Assembly: GCA_041499635.1 (NCBI GenBank)
Contig: JBGQKT010000001.1
Location: forward strand, 2,195 to 66,194
Length of the DNA stretch: 64,000 nucleotides
Direction of reading: 5' to 3'
From: Gemmatimonadaceae bacterium
GTDB taxonomy: Bacteria > Gemmatimonadota > Gemmatimonadetes > Gemmatimonadales > Gemmatimonadaceae
The translations under genes were made by a program, and so were the position numbers. The stretch's first letter is position 1. Each line of letters starts with the position of its first letter. Shown in pieces: positions 56,481-64,000 of the stretch. The notes beneath the pieces are model-generated. The model was not told where the DNA came from and did no database searches. It was given only the letters and a program-made list of their open reading frames with translations.

Positions 56481-57008
56481 ATGTTGACGAAAGGCACGAG
56501 GTGGATAGCGGTGATTGTCGCGGGTCTTGTTTCAGTCGGCTGCAGCAAGAGTGGTGGAGGGGATCAGCAGTTCTCCGGCGTCGGTGCCAGACCCGACATA
56601 CTTCCCGTGATGTTGAACAAGGACCTGCCTTTCAGATACCCGACGTCGCTGTACGCGAAGAAAGTGCAGGCAAACGTGACCTTGCGCGTGTTCATCGACA
56701 AGGAAGGTGAAGTAGTCAGCGAGTCAACGCATGTTGCCGAAAGCTCGGGCATTCCTTCACTCGATTCTGCCGCTGTAAAAGGATCGGGCGAGCTCAGATT
56801 TATCCCTGCTAAAACGCGTGGTGAGCCAGTTCCGGTTTCGATTCTATTTCCGGTCTATTTCAGGCATCCGGAAGCGCCTCCTCTGCCCGGTGACACAATT
56901 TTGCGGAAGACGGGAGCAGCAACTGTTCTAAATCCGCCCCCGGTTGTGAAAGATTCCACAAAGCCGAAAACGCCCGCGACAAAGCCATCATCGACCAAGA
57001 AACGGTGA
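56481..57008 (+). CDS. TonB C-terminal-domain protein
   Basis: YP..LY..KVQANVTLRVFIDKEG.V, SSG..SLDSAAV, FIPA...G.PVPV; N-terminal hydrophobic anchor. Confidence 0.85.
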   Translation: MLTKGTRWIAVIVAGLVSVGCSKSGGGDQQFSGVGARPDILPVMLNKDLPFRYPTSLYAKKVQANVTLRVFIDKEGEVVSESTHVAESSGIPSLDSAAVKGSGELRFIPAKTRGEPVPVSILFPVYFRHPEAPPLPGDTILRKTGAATVLNPPPVVKDSTKPKTPATKPSSTKKR

Positions 57009-58408
57009 TGACAAAAGCGGAACGGAACCGGCATCCCTTCGAGAGCGTCCTCGAAACGATCGGGTGGACACCGCTCATTAGACTGAATTCTGTAACACGC
57101 GGAATTCGCACACCGGTTTATGCGAAGGCGGAGTTCTTCAATCCTGGTGGATCTGTAAAAGACAGAATTGCAATTCCGATTATTGAAAAAGCGGAACGAG
57201 AAGGAACACTTCGCCCTGGCGGAACGATCGTCGAAGGAACCAGCGGCAACACCGGAGTCGCGCTTGCCATCGCAGCGGCGCTTCGCGGGTATAAATGCAT
57301 CTTCACGATGCCCGACAAAATGTCGCAGGAAAAAGTGCGACTGCTCAAAGCATTCGGGGCCGAGGTCATCATCACGCCGACGGCAGTTCCACCTGATCAC
57401 CCAGACAGCTACGTGATGATGGCGAGGAGAATTGCGGCGGAAACACCGAATGCAATTCTTGCAGACCAGTTTTACAACCAAGCGAATCCGGATGCGCACT
57501 ACGCGCTAACGGGTCCAGAGCTTTGGGAGCAGACAGAGGGACGAATAACTCATTTTGTCGCAGGCGCTGGAACCGGTGGAACGATTACGGGCGTCGGGCG
57601 CTTTCTCAAGGAAAAGAATCCGAACATCAAAGTCATAGCCGGCGATCCCTTGGGGTCGATACTGGCGGATTACTGGCGCACAAACGGCGCCGAGATAAAG
57701 GAAGGTGTTCCATATAAAGTGGAAGGAATTGGTCAGGACAAAATTCCGGGGACGCTCGACATGAGCGTGATAGATGATTTCCAAACGGTGAGCGACAAAG
57801 ACTCATTCGCGATGGCGAGGCGGCTCACGCGGGAAGAAGGGCTCTTTGCCGGAGGGTCGTCAGGGCTGACCACCCACGTTGCGATTCAGGTCGCGCGTAA
57901 AGTGAACAATCCCGATGCATTCGTGGTGACGGTGCTGAGTGATACCGGTGAGCGATACCTCTCGAAGGTGTACAACGACGAGTGGATGCGCGAGAACCAG
58001 CTGCTCGATTCACCGCGGGTCACACTGCGCCACGTGCTTGGTGGAAAAGAAGCTGACGGAAGTCCGCCGGTAGTAAGCGTTGCGCCCGGTGCAAGTGTGC
58101 GACAAGCACTCGGCTTGATGGCATTGCATGACGTGTCACAGCTCCCGGTGATGGAAGGTTCAAACTGCATTGGATCGGTGAGCGATTGGTCGCTGTCGCA
58201 GAAGAGTCTCGAGAATCCAAAGCTTCTCGATTCGGCGGTGAGCGATATCATGGAATCGCCGTTCCCAGTCATTGCAGGCGATCAGCCCGTCGATAGTGTC
58301 GTCAAGCTTCTCTCGAAGTCGAACCCGGCAGTTCTCGTCCGCGAGAATGGAAAAGTGCAAGGGATCGTGACACGATCTGACATGCTGCGATTCATGATGT
58401 CACGATAG
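57005..58408 (+). CDS. Cystathionine beta-synthase (PLP enzyme with C-terminal CBS domains)
   Basis: IGWTPL, NPGGSVKDR, TSGNTG, NQANPDAH, GTGGT, YKVEGIG, YLSKVYNDEWM, CBS pair. Confidence 0.9.
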   Translation: MMTKAERNRHPFESVLETIGWTPLIRLNSVTRGIRTPVYAKAEFFNPGGSVKDRIAIPIIEKAEREGTLRPGGTIVEGTSGNTGVALAIAAALRGYKCIFTMPDKMSQEKVRLLKAFGAEVIITPTAVPPDHPDSYVMMARRIAAETPNAILADQFYNQANPDAHYALTGPELWEQTEGRITHFVAGAGTGGTITGVGRFLKEKNPNIKVIAGDPLGSILADYWRTNGAEIKEGVPYKVEGIGQDKIPGTLDMSVIDDFQTVSDKDSFAMARRLTREEGLFAGGSSGLTTHVAIQVARKVNNPDAFVVTVLSDTGERYLSKVYNDEWMRENQLLDSPRVTLRHVLGGKEADGSPPVVSVAPGASVRQALGLMALHDVSQLPVMEGSNCIGSVSDWSLSQKSLENPKLLDSAVSDIMESPFPVIAGDQPVDSVVKLLSKSNPAVLVRENGKVQGIVTRSDMLRFMMSR

Positions 58409-58421
58409 AATCCGATTACAG

Positions 58422-59468
58422 ATGAAGATCACTGTACTCATGGGTGGCGCGTCGGCTGAGAGGAATGTGTCGCTTGCGTCGGGGCTGAGAATTGTGAATG
58501 CGCTGCGATCACGCGGGCATGAGGTGACGGCGTTCGATCCATCGCGTGGGCTGATCGATGCTGATGCAGAGCGGGAGCTTGAAGAAAAAGGAGTCGGGAC
58601 GGAGCCGCCCTCACTTGAAGCGCTCGCCAATGCAACAGGCGGATCATTTCTTCCAGCGCTCGAGAGATATCCGGAATTAGCAGGGGCTGACGTCGTTTTC
58701 CTGGGATTGCATGGTGGACAGGGAGAGGATGGAACGCTCCAGGCGCTGCTGGACATGGCGCACATCGTCTACACGGGGAGCGGGGTTCTGGCCAGCGCGC
58801 TCGCGATGGACAAGGACCTATCGAAGAAATTGTTTCGTGCGGCGGGAGTGCAAACTGCGGATTGGCTAATGGCGCCAGCTTCGATAGAAGAGGTTGAGAA
58901 GAAGCTCGGGCTGCCGGTGGTGGTGAAACCGTCGAAACAGGGATCCACGGTGGGGCTCACGGTGGTGAAGCGACGGGAGCAATTCGACGCCGCGGTGGAA
59001 GAGGCTCTTCGCTACGATGATGAAGTGATGATCGAGGCCTTCATCGCGGGACGCGAAATCACGGTTGGAGTACTTGGCGATCGCGTGTTACCGGTAGGCG
59101 AGATTAAGCCGAAGCATGAGATTTACGATTACGAATGCAAGTACACGGCAGGAATGGCTGAAGAGGACTTTCCGGCCAAGCTTTCGGCTGCAGAAACGGC
59201 CGCGGTACAGGCTCAGGCGCTGGCTGCATTCAGGTCGTTGAAGTTAGGGGGATGCGCGCGCATTGATTTTCGACTCGCTTCTACCGATGATGGAGGCGCG
59301 CAAACCGGACAATTTTATTGTCTCGAGGCAAACACGTTGCCGGGTATGACTGAGCTCAGTCTAATACCGCAAGGCGCTGCAGCGCTGGGAATGTCATTTG
59401 CCGATTTGTGTGAAGAGATAGTCAGGCTGGCGACGGTCAGGAACAGACCACCTCAAGCTGTGTTATAG
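58422..59468 (+). CDS. ddl: D-alanine--D-alanine ligase
   Basis: GGASAERNVSL, LHGGQGEDG, MDK, KPSKQGS, YECKY, RIDF, EANTLPGMT. Confidence 0.96.
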   Translation: MKITVLMGGASAERNVSLASGLRIVNALRSRGHEVTAFDPSRGLIDADAERELEEKGVGTEPPSLEALANATGGSFLPALERYPELAGADVVFLGLHGGQGEDGTLQALLDMAHIVYTGSGVLASALAMDKDLSKKLFRAAGVQTADWLMAPASIEEVEKKLGLPVVVKPSKQGSTVGLTVVKRREQFDAAVEEALRYDDEVMIEAFIAGREITVGVLGDRVLPVGEIKPKHEIYDYECKYTAGMAEEDFPAKLSAAETAAVQAQALAAFRSLKLGGCARIDFRLASTDDGGAQTGQFYCLEANTLPGMTELSLIPQGAAALGMSFADLCEEIVRLATVRNRPPQAVL

Positions 59469-59503
59469 AACTAGTGCTCCATTTCAGTCGCAAAGGTTCA
59501 GAG

Positions 59504-60421
59504 ATGCCCGATACGCTATTCGATTCGCCGCAACGACCCAGAATGACACCGGTAGTGCAGTGGCTGCTGGCTGCGAATATCGGCGTCTATTTTCTGCAGT
59601 TGACGCTCATCGGGCCCGAACAAGTTTACCGCGCGCTCGGACTTTCTGTTGGAGATCTCGCATCAGGGTGGTGGACGCCATTCACCTACATGTTCGTGCA
59701 TGCCGGATTGTGGCATCTGGCGTTCAACATGTTTGCGCTTTGGATGTTCGGGCCACGCGTTGAAGAAAGCTGGAGCACTCGCGGATTCCTCTACTTCTAT
59801 CTGTGGTGCGGCTTGGGTGGAGCAGTCGCGCATCTGCTCTTGCAGCGAAATGCGGGATTGATTGGAGCCTCAGCTGCAGTGAGCGGTGTGATGCTCGCCT
59901 ATGCATTGAGATGGCCGGACGAAGAGGTCTATCTGTTCGGTGTCATTCCGATGAAAACGCGCTGGCTCGTAGTGTGGATGGTGGTGATCAATCTCGCGAT
60001 GGGAATGGCGGCAACTCCCGGTGGCTCGGGAATCGGATGGTTCTCGCATCTTGGCGGACTCGCGTTCGGCTGGATATATCTGCGAATGTCTTCGTTCGGC
60101 GGACTGGATAATTTCCGTCGATGGGTATCACCGGTGCCTGATGAGCCGGAAGATGCGTTTCGTGCGGTGCCTAAGATTCGACCGCGAAATCGGCAGCGGT
60201 CAAATCAGGGCGAGGTGGACGAAGTCGTTGCGAAGAGCAATGCAATCGTGACGCGTCCCGCCAGAGCTGCGTTGATGCCCCGTCCGGCAGACACTGTCGA
60301 GCGTTCTGCCGAGCGTCTCAACCTTGTATTGGATAAGATCTCCAAGCATGGAATCGAGAGTCTCAGCAGCGAAGAAGTGAGATTGCTCGAGGACATGTCA
60401 CGCAAGCTCCGAGACTCGTAA
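59504..60421 (+). CDS. Rhomboid intramembrane serine protease with soluble C-terminal tail
   Basis: HAGLWHLAFNM, GASAAV (GxS), SHLGG; tail LDKISKHGIESLSSEE. Confidence 0.93.
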   Translation: MPDTLFDSPQRPRMTPVVQWLLAANIGVYFLQLTLIGPEQVYRALGLSVGDLASGWWTPFTYMFVHAGLWHLAFNMFALWMFGPRVEESWSTRGFLYFYLWCGLGGAVAHLLLQRNAGLIGASAAVSGVMLAYALRWPDEEVYLFGVIPMKTRWLVVWMVVINLAMGMAATPGGSGIGWFSHLGGLAFGWIYLRMSSFGGLDNFRRWVSPVPDEPEDAFRAVPKIRPRNRQRSNQGEVDEVVAKSNAIVTRPARAALMPRPADTVERSAERLNLVLDKISKHGIESLSSEEVRLLEDMSRKLRDS

Positions 60422-60466
60422 CAAGCGACTGATTGATCCCGATGCTCGAGCGGTGCATTCTACGGA

Positions 60467-60862
60467 ATGCCCAAGCCCGAGCTGCTGGAGACGTTCGCGA
60501 ATCCTTATGCGAACAGGGATTACGAAATCCATATGGACTGCGACGAGTTCACATCACTGTGCCCGGTTGGCGGAATAGAAAGTGATGCGTCGGATCTCGA
60601 GTTGTTGAAGGGTGGCGCGCCGGATTTCGGTGTGATTCACATCACGTACATCCCGCGTGATCTCTGTGTCGAGCTGAAGAGTCTCAAGTTCTATCTATGG
60701 AGCTTCAGGAACGAAGGGACGTTTTATGAACGTGCTGTGAACCGTATTCTCGACGATCTTGTGGGGGTGGCGAAGCCCAAGTGGATGAAAGTGGTTGGAG
60801 ATTTCAACGTGAGGGGCGGGATCAAGTCGGTAATTACGGCGACGCATGGCGAGCGAAGTTGA
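60467..60862 (+). CDS. queF: NADPH-dependent preQ0 reductase, type I
   Basis: EFTSLCP...PDF, QueF motif ELKSLKFY, FYE, RGGI. Confidence 0.92.
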   Translation: MPKPELLETFANPYANRDYEIHMDCDEFTSLCPVGGIESDASDLELLKGGAPDFGVIHITYIPRDLCVELKSLKFYLWSFRNEGTFYERAVNRILDDLVGVAKPKWMKVVGDFNVRGGIKSVITATHGERS

Positions 60863-60900
60863 TAAGGGGCTCTCAGACCAATTAGTTTGCGCGACGTAGC

Positions 60901-60973
<73 letters not shown>

Positions 60974-60980
60974 TTCCTTT

Positions 60981-62918
60981 CTAGCTGGTTGTCGCTTCTG
61001 TGGCCTGAGCCCATGCTTCGAGCGCTTTGTCGAGCTGCCTCTTTAGACGCTCGAGGTCCCTTCCCAGATTTGCTGATCGAATCGCGCCGTCGCGCGTGAG
61101 ATAAAGTCCAGGATCAGCGAGCGCATCCGATATTTTTGCGATTTCGGATTCCAGCGACAACACGGTTTTTTCTGCATCTGCAGCACGTACCCGAGCATCG
61201 CGTTGAGCTTGCCTGTTTCCTTCCTTTTGTTTTTGTGCGCGTCTGATTTTCTGCTTCTCGTGCATTCGGCGCAGTGAAACTTCTTCCGAGGCGTTGACTG
61301 CGGCTGCTTGAGAGCGGGCTTCACTCACCTGCTCCCACTCGCTGAAGCTTCCCGCAAAATCAACGATGTGCGTATTGTGAAGCACCCACACTCTGGTCGT
61401 CAGTGAACGAAGCAGCTCGCGATCGTGGCTAACCAGTATCACCGTTCCGTCAAATTCCTCGATCGCGTCTTCCAGCGCTTCGATCGATTCTACGTCGAGA
61501 TGATTCGTCGGCTCATCGAGGATGAGCAGATTGGCGCCCGACAGCACGATCATCGCAAGGGCGACACGAGCTCTTTCTCCACCAGAAAGATTAAGCGCGG
61601 TTCTTTGTGCCTCGTCTCCGGAAAATCCAAAACGTCCGAGATGTCCCTGTACCTGCCTGCGTTCCCATGTCGGCTTGAGCTCGGAGATTATGTCATAGAG
61701 CGAGCGATCGAGCGGGACCTGACTCAAATCCTGCCTGTAATAGCCGGGAACGATGGAGTCTCCGAGGCGAATTTCTCCTGAACTTGGATTTCTCTCTCCC
61801 ATCAGTGTTTTAAGAAGCGTTGATTTTCCGGCTCCATTCGGGCCAAGAAATCCAAGTCTTTCACCGCGGCGCAGAGTATTCGAGAACCCATCGATCAAGG
61901 TCCGATCGCCAATTCTTATCGTGAGATCTTTCGCTGCGAGAACCTGATCTCCACCTCGGCTTCGTGATTCAAGGCTGAGCGCCATCGTGCCCTCTGAGCC
62001 GATGGGCGCGCTGAGGCGCGGCAATCGCTCGAGAAGCTTTCTGCGGCCCTTTGCCTGCTTTGAGTTTTGTCCAGCAATGTTACGGCGGATGTAGTCTTCG
62101 CGATCCACGATCATCGCGCGCTGTTTCTCGAATGCGTGCAGCTGAGCATCGCGACGTTGCTGTCTTTGCTCAACGAAACTCTCGTAGGAACCGCTATATG
62201 CGAATGCGGCTTCGCCCTCGAGATGAAGCACGTGATCGACAGTCTCGGACAGGAATGACCTGTCGTGACTGATGATCAGAAAGGTTTTGTCGCTCTCCTT
62301 GATAAAGCTCTCGAGCCATCGGGCGGTATCGAGATCTAGATGATTCGTCGGCTCATCGAGCAACAGAATATCGGCAGCGCTGACGAGCTGGCGAGCGAGG
62401 CCGAGCCGGCCTCGCTCGCCTCCGCTCAATTCAGATATCTGTCGAATGCGCGCCGCATCAGGATCAAATCCAAGTCCGTGAAGAACAGCATCCACCCGAG
62501 GCGCAAACTCGTAACCTCCCTCTCTCTCGAACCTCTCGAGGTCGCGGTCGTACTTCGAGAGCATTGCTGGTGTCGACCGTTCGCCGAGCTCACCGATACG
62601 TGTGCTTTGGTCGCTCAGCGACTTCTCGAGCTCGAGCAAATCGGAACGGCCTCCTGCTGCAGCTTCCCAGATCGAACGAGAGTCCGAGAAGTCCCGATTC
62701 TGCTCCATCATCGAGAGTCGAATCCCGGGCTGTCGTGCGATGCTTCCTGAAGTTGGCTCGGAGAGCCCGGCGAGGAGATTGAACAGCGTCGTTTTCCCGG
62801 ATCCATTCCGGCCGATTAGACCCCATCGCTCTCCCTTGGCGATGGTGAATGTGACATCGGTGAAGAGGGTGGTCGCGCCGAACCGCATGCTCAGGCTCGA
62901 CGTAGAAATCTGGGTCAA
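60981..62918 (-). CDS. ABC-F family ATP-binding protein (Uup-like C-terminal coiled coil)
   Basis: Two ABC domains (GRNGSGKT/LSGGE/DEPTNHLD; GPNGAGKST/LSGGE/DEPTNHLD), no TM; TTGA overlap with the upstream gene. Confidence 0.95.
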   Translation of the reverse strand: MTQISTSSLSMRFGATTLFTDVTFTIAKGERWGLIGRNGSGKTTLFNLLAGLSEPTSGSIARQPGIRLSMMEQNRDFSDSRSIWEAAAGGRSDLLELEKSLSDQSTRIGELGERSTPAMLSKYDRDLERFEREGGYEFAPRVDAVLHGLGFDPDAARIRQISELSGGERGRLGLARQLVSAADILLLDEPTNHLDLDTARWLESFIKESDKTFLIISHDRSFLSETVDHVLHLEGEAAFAYSGSYESFVEQRQQRRDAQLHAFEKQRAMIVDREDYIRRNIAGQNSKQAKGRRKLLERLPRLSAPIGSEGTMALSLESRSRGGDQVLAAKDLTIRIGDRTLIDGFSNTLRRGERLGFLGPNGAGKSTLLKTLMGERNPSSGEIRLGDSIVPGYYRQDLSQVPLDRSLYDIISELKPTWERRQVQGHLGRFGFSGDEAQRTALNLSGGERARVALAMIVLSGANLLILDEPTNHLDVESIEALEDAIEEFDGTVILVSHDRELLRSLTTRVWVLHNTHIVDFAGSFSEWEQVSEARSQAAAVNASEEVSLRRMHEKQKIRRAQKQKEGNRQAQRDARVRAADAEKTVLSLESEIAKISDALADPGLYLTRDGAIRSANLGRDLERLKRQLDKALEAWAQATEATTS

Positions 62919-64000
62919 CCTTTACCTACGCGATCGCCTGTTTCACGATCGAAGAGATGAGCTTTCGTGAGATCGAATGCGAGCGTGATCGGATCTCTGA
63001 GCTTCGGCAGGGGTCGTGGAGCGATGCGAGCCGTAATCACGTAAGGTCCTACGCTCGCGTAAATGAAAACTTCATTGCCAAGTGCTTCGACCAGATCGAG
63101 ACGCGCCGGCGCCGTTATGGGTGGATGGACAATCGCCGATTCACCGGCGAAGAGCGTTGGACCACCTTCGATTGCGACCGAAACATCCTCGGGACGAATG
63201 CCGAGTGTAAGAGGACGATTCTCGAGACCTTTAATTCGCTCTGCCAGCGCGGGCGGGACATCGAACGTGAAGGCATCGCCTTCGGCAACGAAGTGAAGTG
63301 AATCGCCGGCGACAATGCGACCATCGACAAAATTCATCGCTGGACTTCCGATGAATCCTGCGACGAATCGATTTCGCGGATGATCGTACAAGTTCATCGG
63401 TGTATCGATCTGCTGCACGAAGCCCTTGTTCATCACGACGATGCGATCGCCTAGCGTCATCGCCTCGACCTGATCGTGCGTGACGTAGATCATCGTCGCG
63501 CTCAACTCCTGATGCAGATGTGCGATCTCACGCCGCATTTGCACGCGAAGCTGAGCATCGAGATTTGACAACGGCTCGTCGAACAGGAATACCTGTGGCT
63601 GTCGGACAATCGCGCGACCGAGAGCGACACGTTGTCGTTGTCCGCCTGAGAGCTGTCGAGGAGTTCTGTCGAGAAATTCACTGATGCCCAGAATTCCAGC
63701 TGCCTGTTGAACGCGGCTCTCGATTTCGTTTTTGGGAGTTCCGCGAAGCTTGAGCGCAAAGGCAAGATTTTCGCGGACTGTCATGTGCGGATAAAGAGCG
63801 TAGCTCTGAAAAACCATGGCGATGTCGCGATTCTTCGGCGGAACATCGTTCACAAAGCGATCGCCGATGTAAAGCTTGCCAGCAGTTATCGATTCGAGTC
63901 CAGCGATCATTCGAAGAGTGGTGCTCTTACCGCATCCTGACGGTCCGACGAGAACGACGAACTCACCATCGGCAACATCGAGGTCGACTCCGTGAACGGC
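62915..64000 (-). CDS. Sugar ABC transporter ATP-binding subunit (MalK/UgpC type), 5'-truncated
   Basis: Frame open to the window edge: GPSGCGKSTTLR, VFQSYALYPH, LSGGQRQR, DEPLSNLD, YVTHDQ, TOBE domain. Confidence 0.95.
   Translation of the reverse strand, partial: AVHGVDLDVADGEFVVLVGPSGCGKSTTLRMIAGLESITAGKLYIGDRFVNDVPPKNRDIAMVFQSYALYPHMTVRENLAFALKLRGTPKNEIESRVQQAAGILGISEFLDRTPRQLSGGQRQRVALGRAIVRQPQVFLFDEPLSNLDAQLRVQMRREIAHLHQELSATMIYVTHDQVEAMTLGDRIVVMNKGFVQQIDTPMNLYDHPRNRFVAGFIGSPAMNFVDGRIVAGDSLHFVAEGDAFTFDVPPALAERIKGLENRPLTLGIRPEDVSVAIEGGPTLFAGESAIVHPPITAPARLDLVEALGNEVFIYASVGPYVITARIAPRPLPKLRDPITLAFDLTKAHLFDRETGDRVGKG

Noticed and set aside
60422-60466. preQ1 riboswitch upstream of queF
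   Set aside because: The 45-bp spacer lacks the preQ1-I stem and A-rich tail.

Overview
This is a gene-dense chromosomal window spanning a bacterial replication origin. The gene content and the style of the hypothetical proteins suggest Gemmatimonadota, which is an inference. The core block is dnaN-oriC-dnaA, then rpmH-rnpA-yidD-yidC-(MBL hydrolase)-mnmE. RNase P RNA (rnpB) lies about 2 kb on the dnaN side, and a displaced mnmG-(Kir channel)-(SIMPL)-parA-parB block lies 14-20 kb away. Other housekeeping genes are argH, ispG, murB, polA, pyrE, upp, holA, mutS, cbs, ddl, queF and tRNA-Phe. There are also two cold-shock genes, two M16 peptidase pairs, an ECF sigma/ZAS anti-sigma pair and several signalling proteins. 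I found no mobile element, integrase or CRISPR array. The most notable unexplained signals are: (1) a GC trough (about 62% to 30-40% to 62% in hand-counted samples) centred on the origin, with a G+T strand-bias flip between dnaA and dnaN; (2) an oriC basal unwinding module (degenerate DnaA boxes plus five DnaA-trios); (3) a perfect Rex/CRP-type palindrome over the -10 box of a blue-copper lipoprotein promoter; (4) apparently leaderless replication genes (polA, holA, dnaA); (5) a Wzc-like pseudokinase outside any EPS cluster; (6) AT-hook-like motifs in ParB and in a small HTH protein; (7) a structured leader with a Trp/Cys-rich uORF ahead of the ECF sigma; (8) two real small ORFs missed by the ORF track (rpmH and a DUF4177-like protein). 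All family calls come from motif recognition by eye; no database searches were run.
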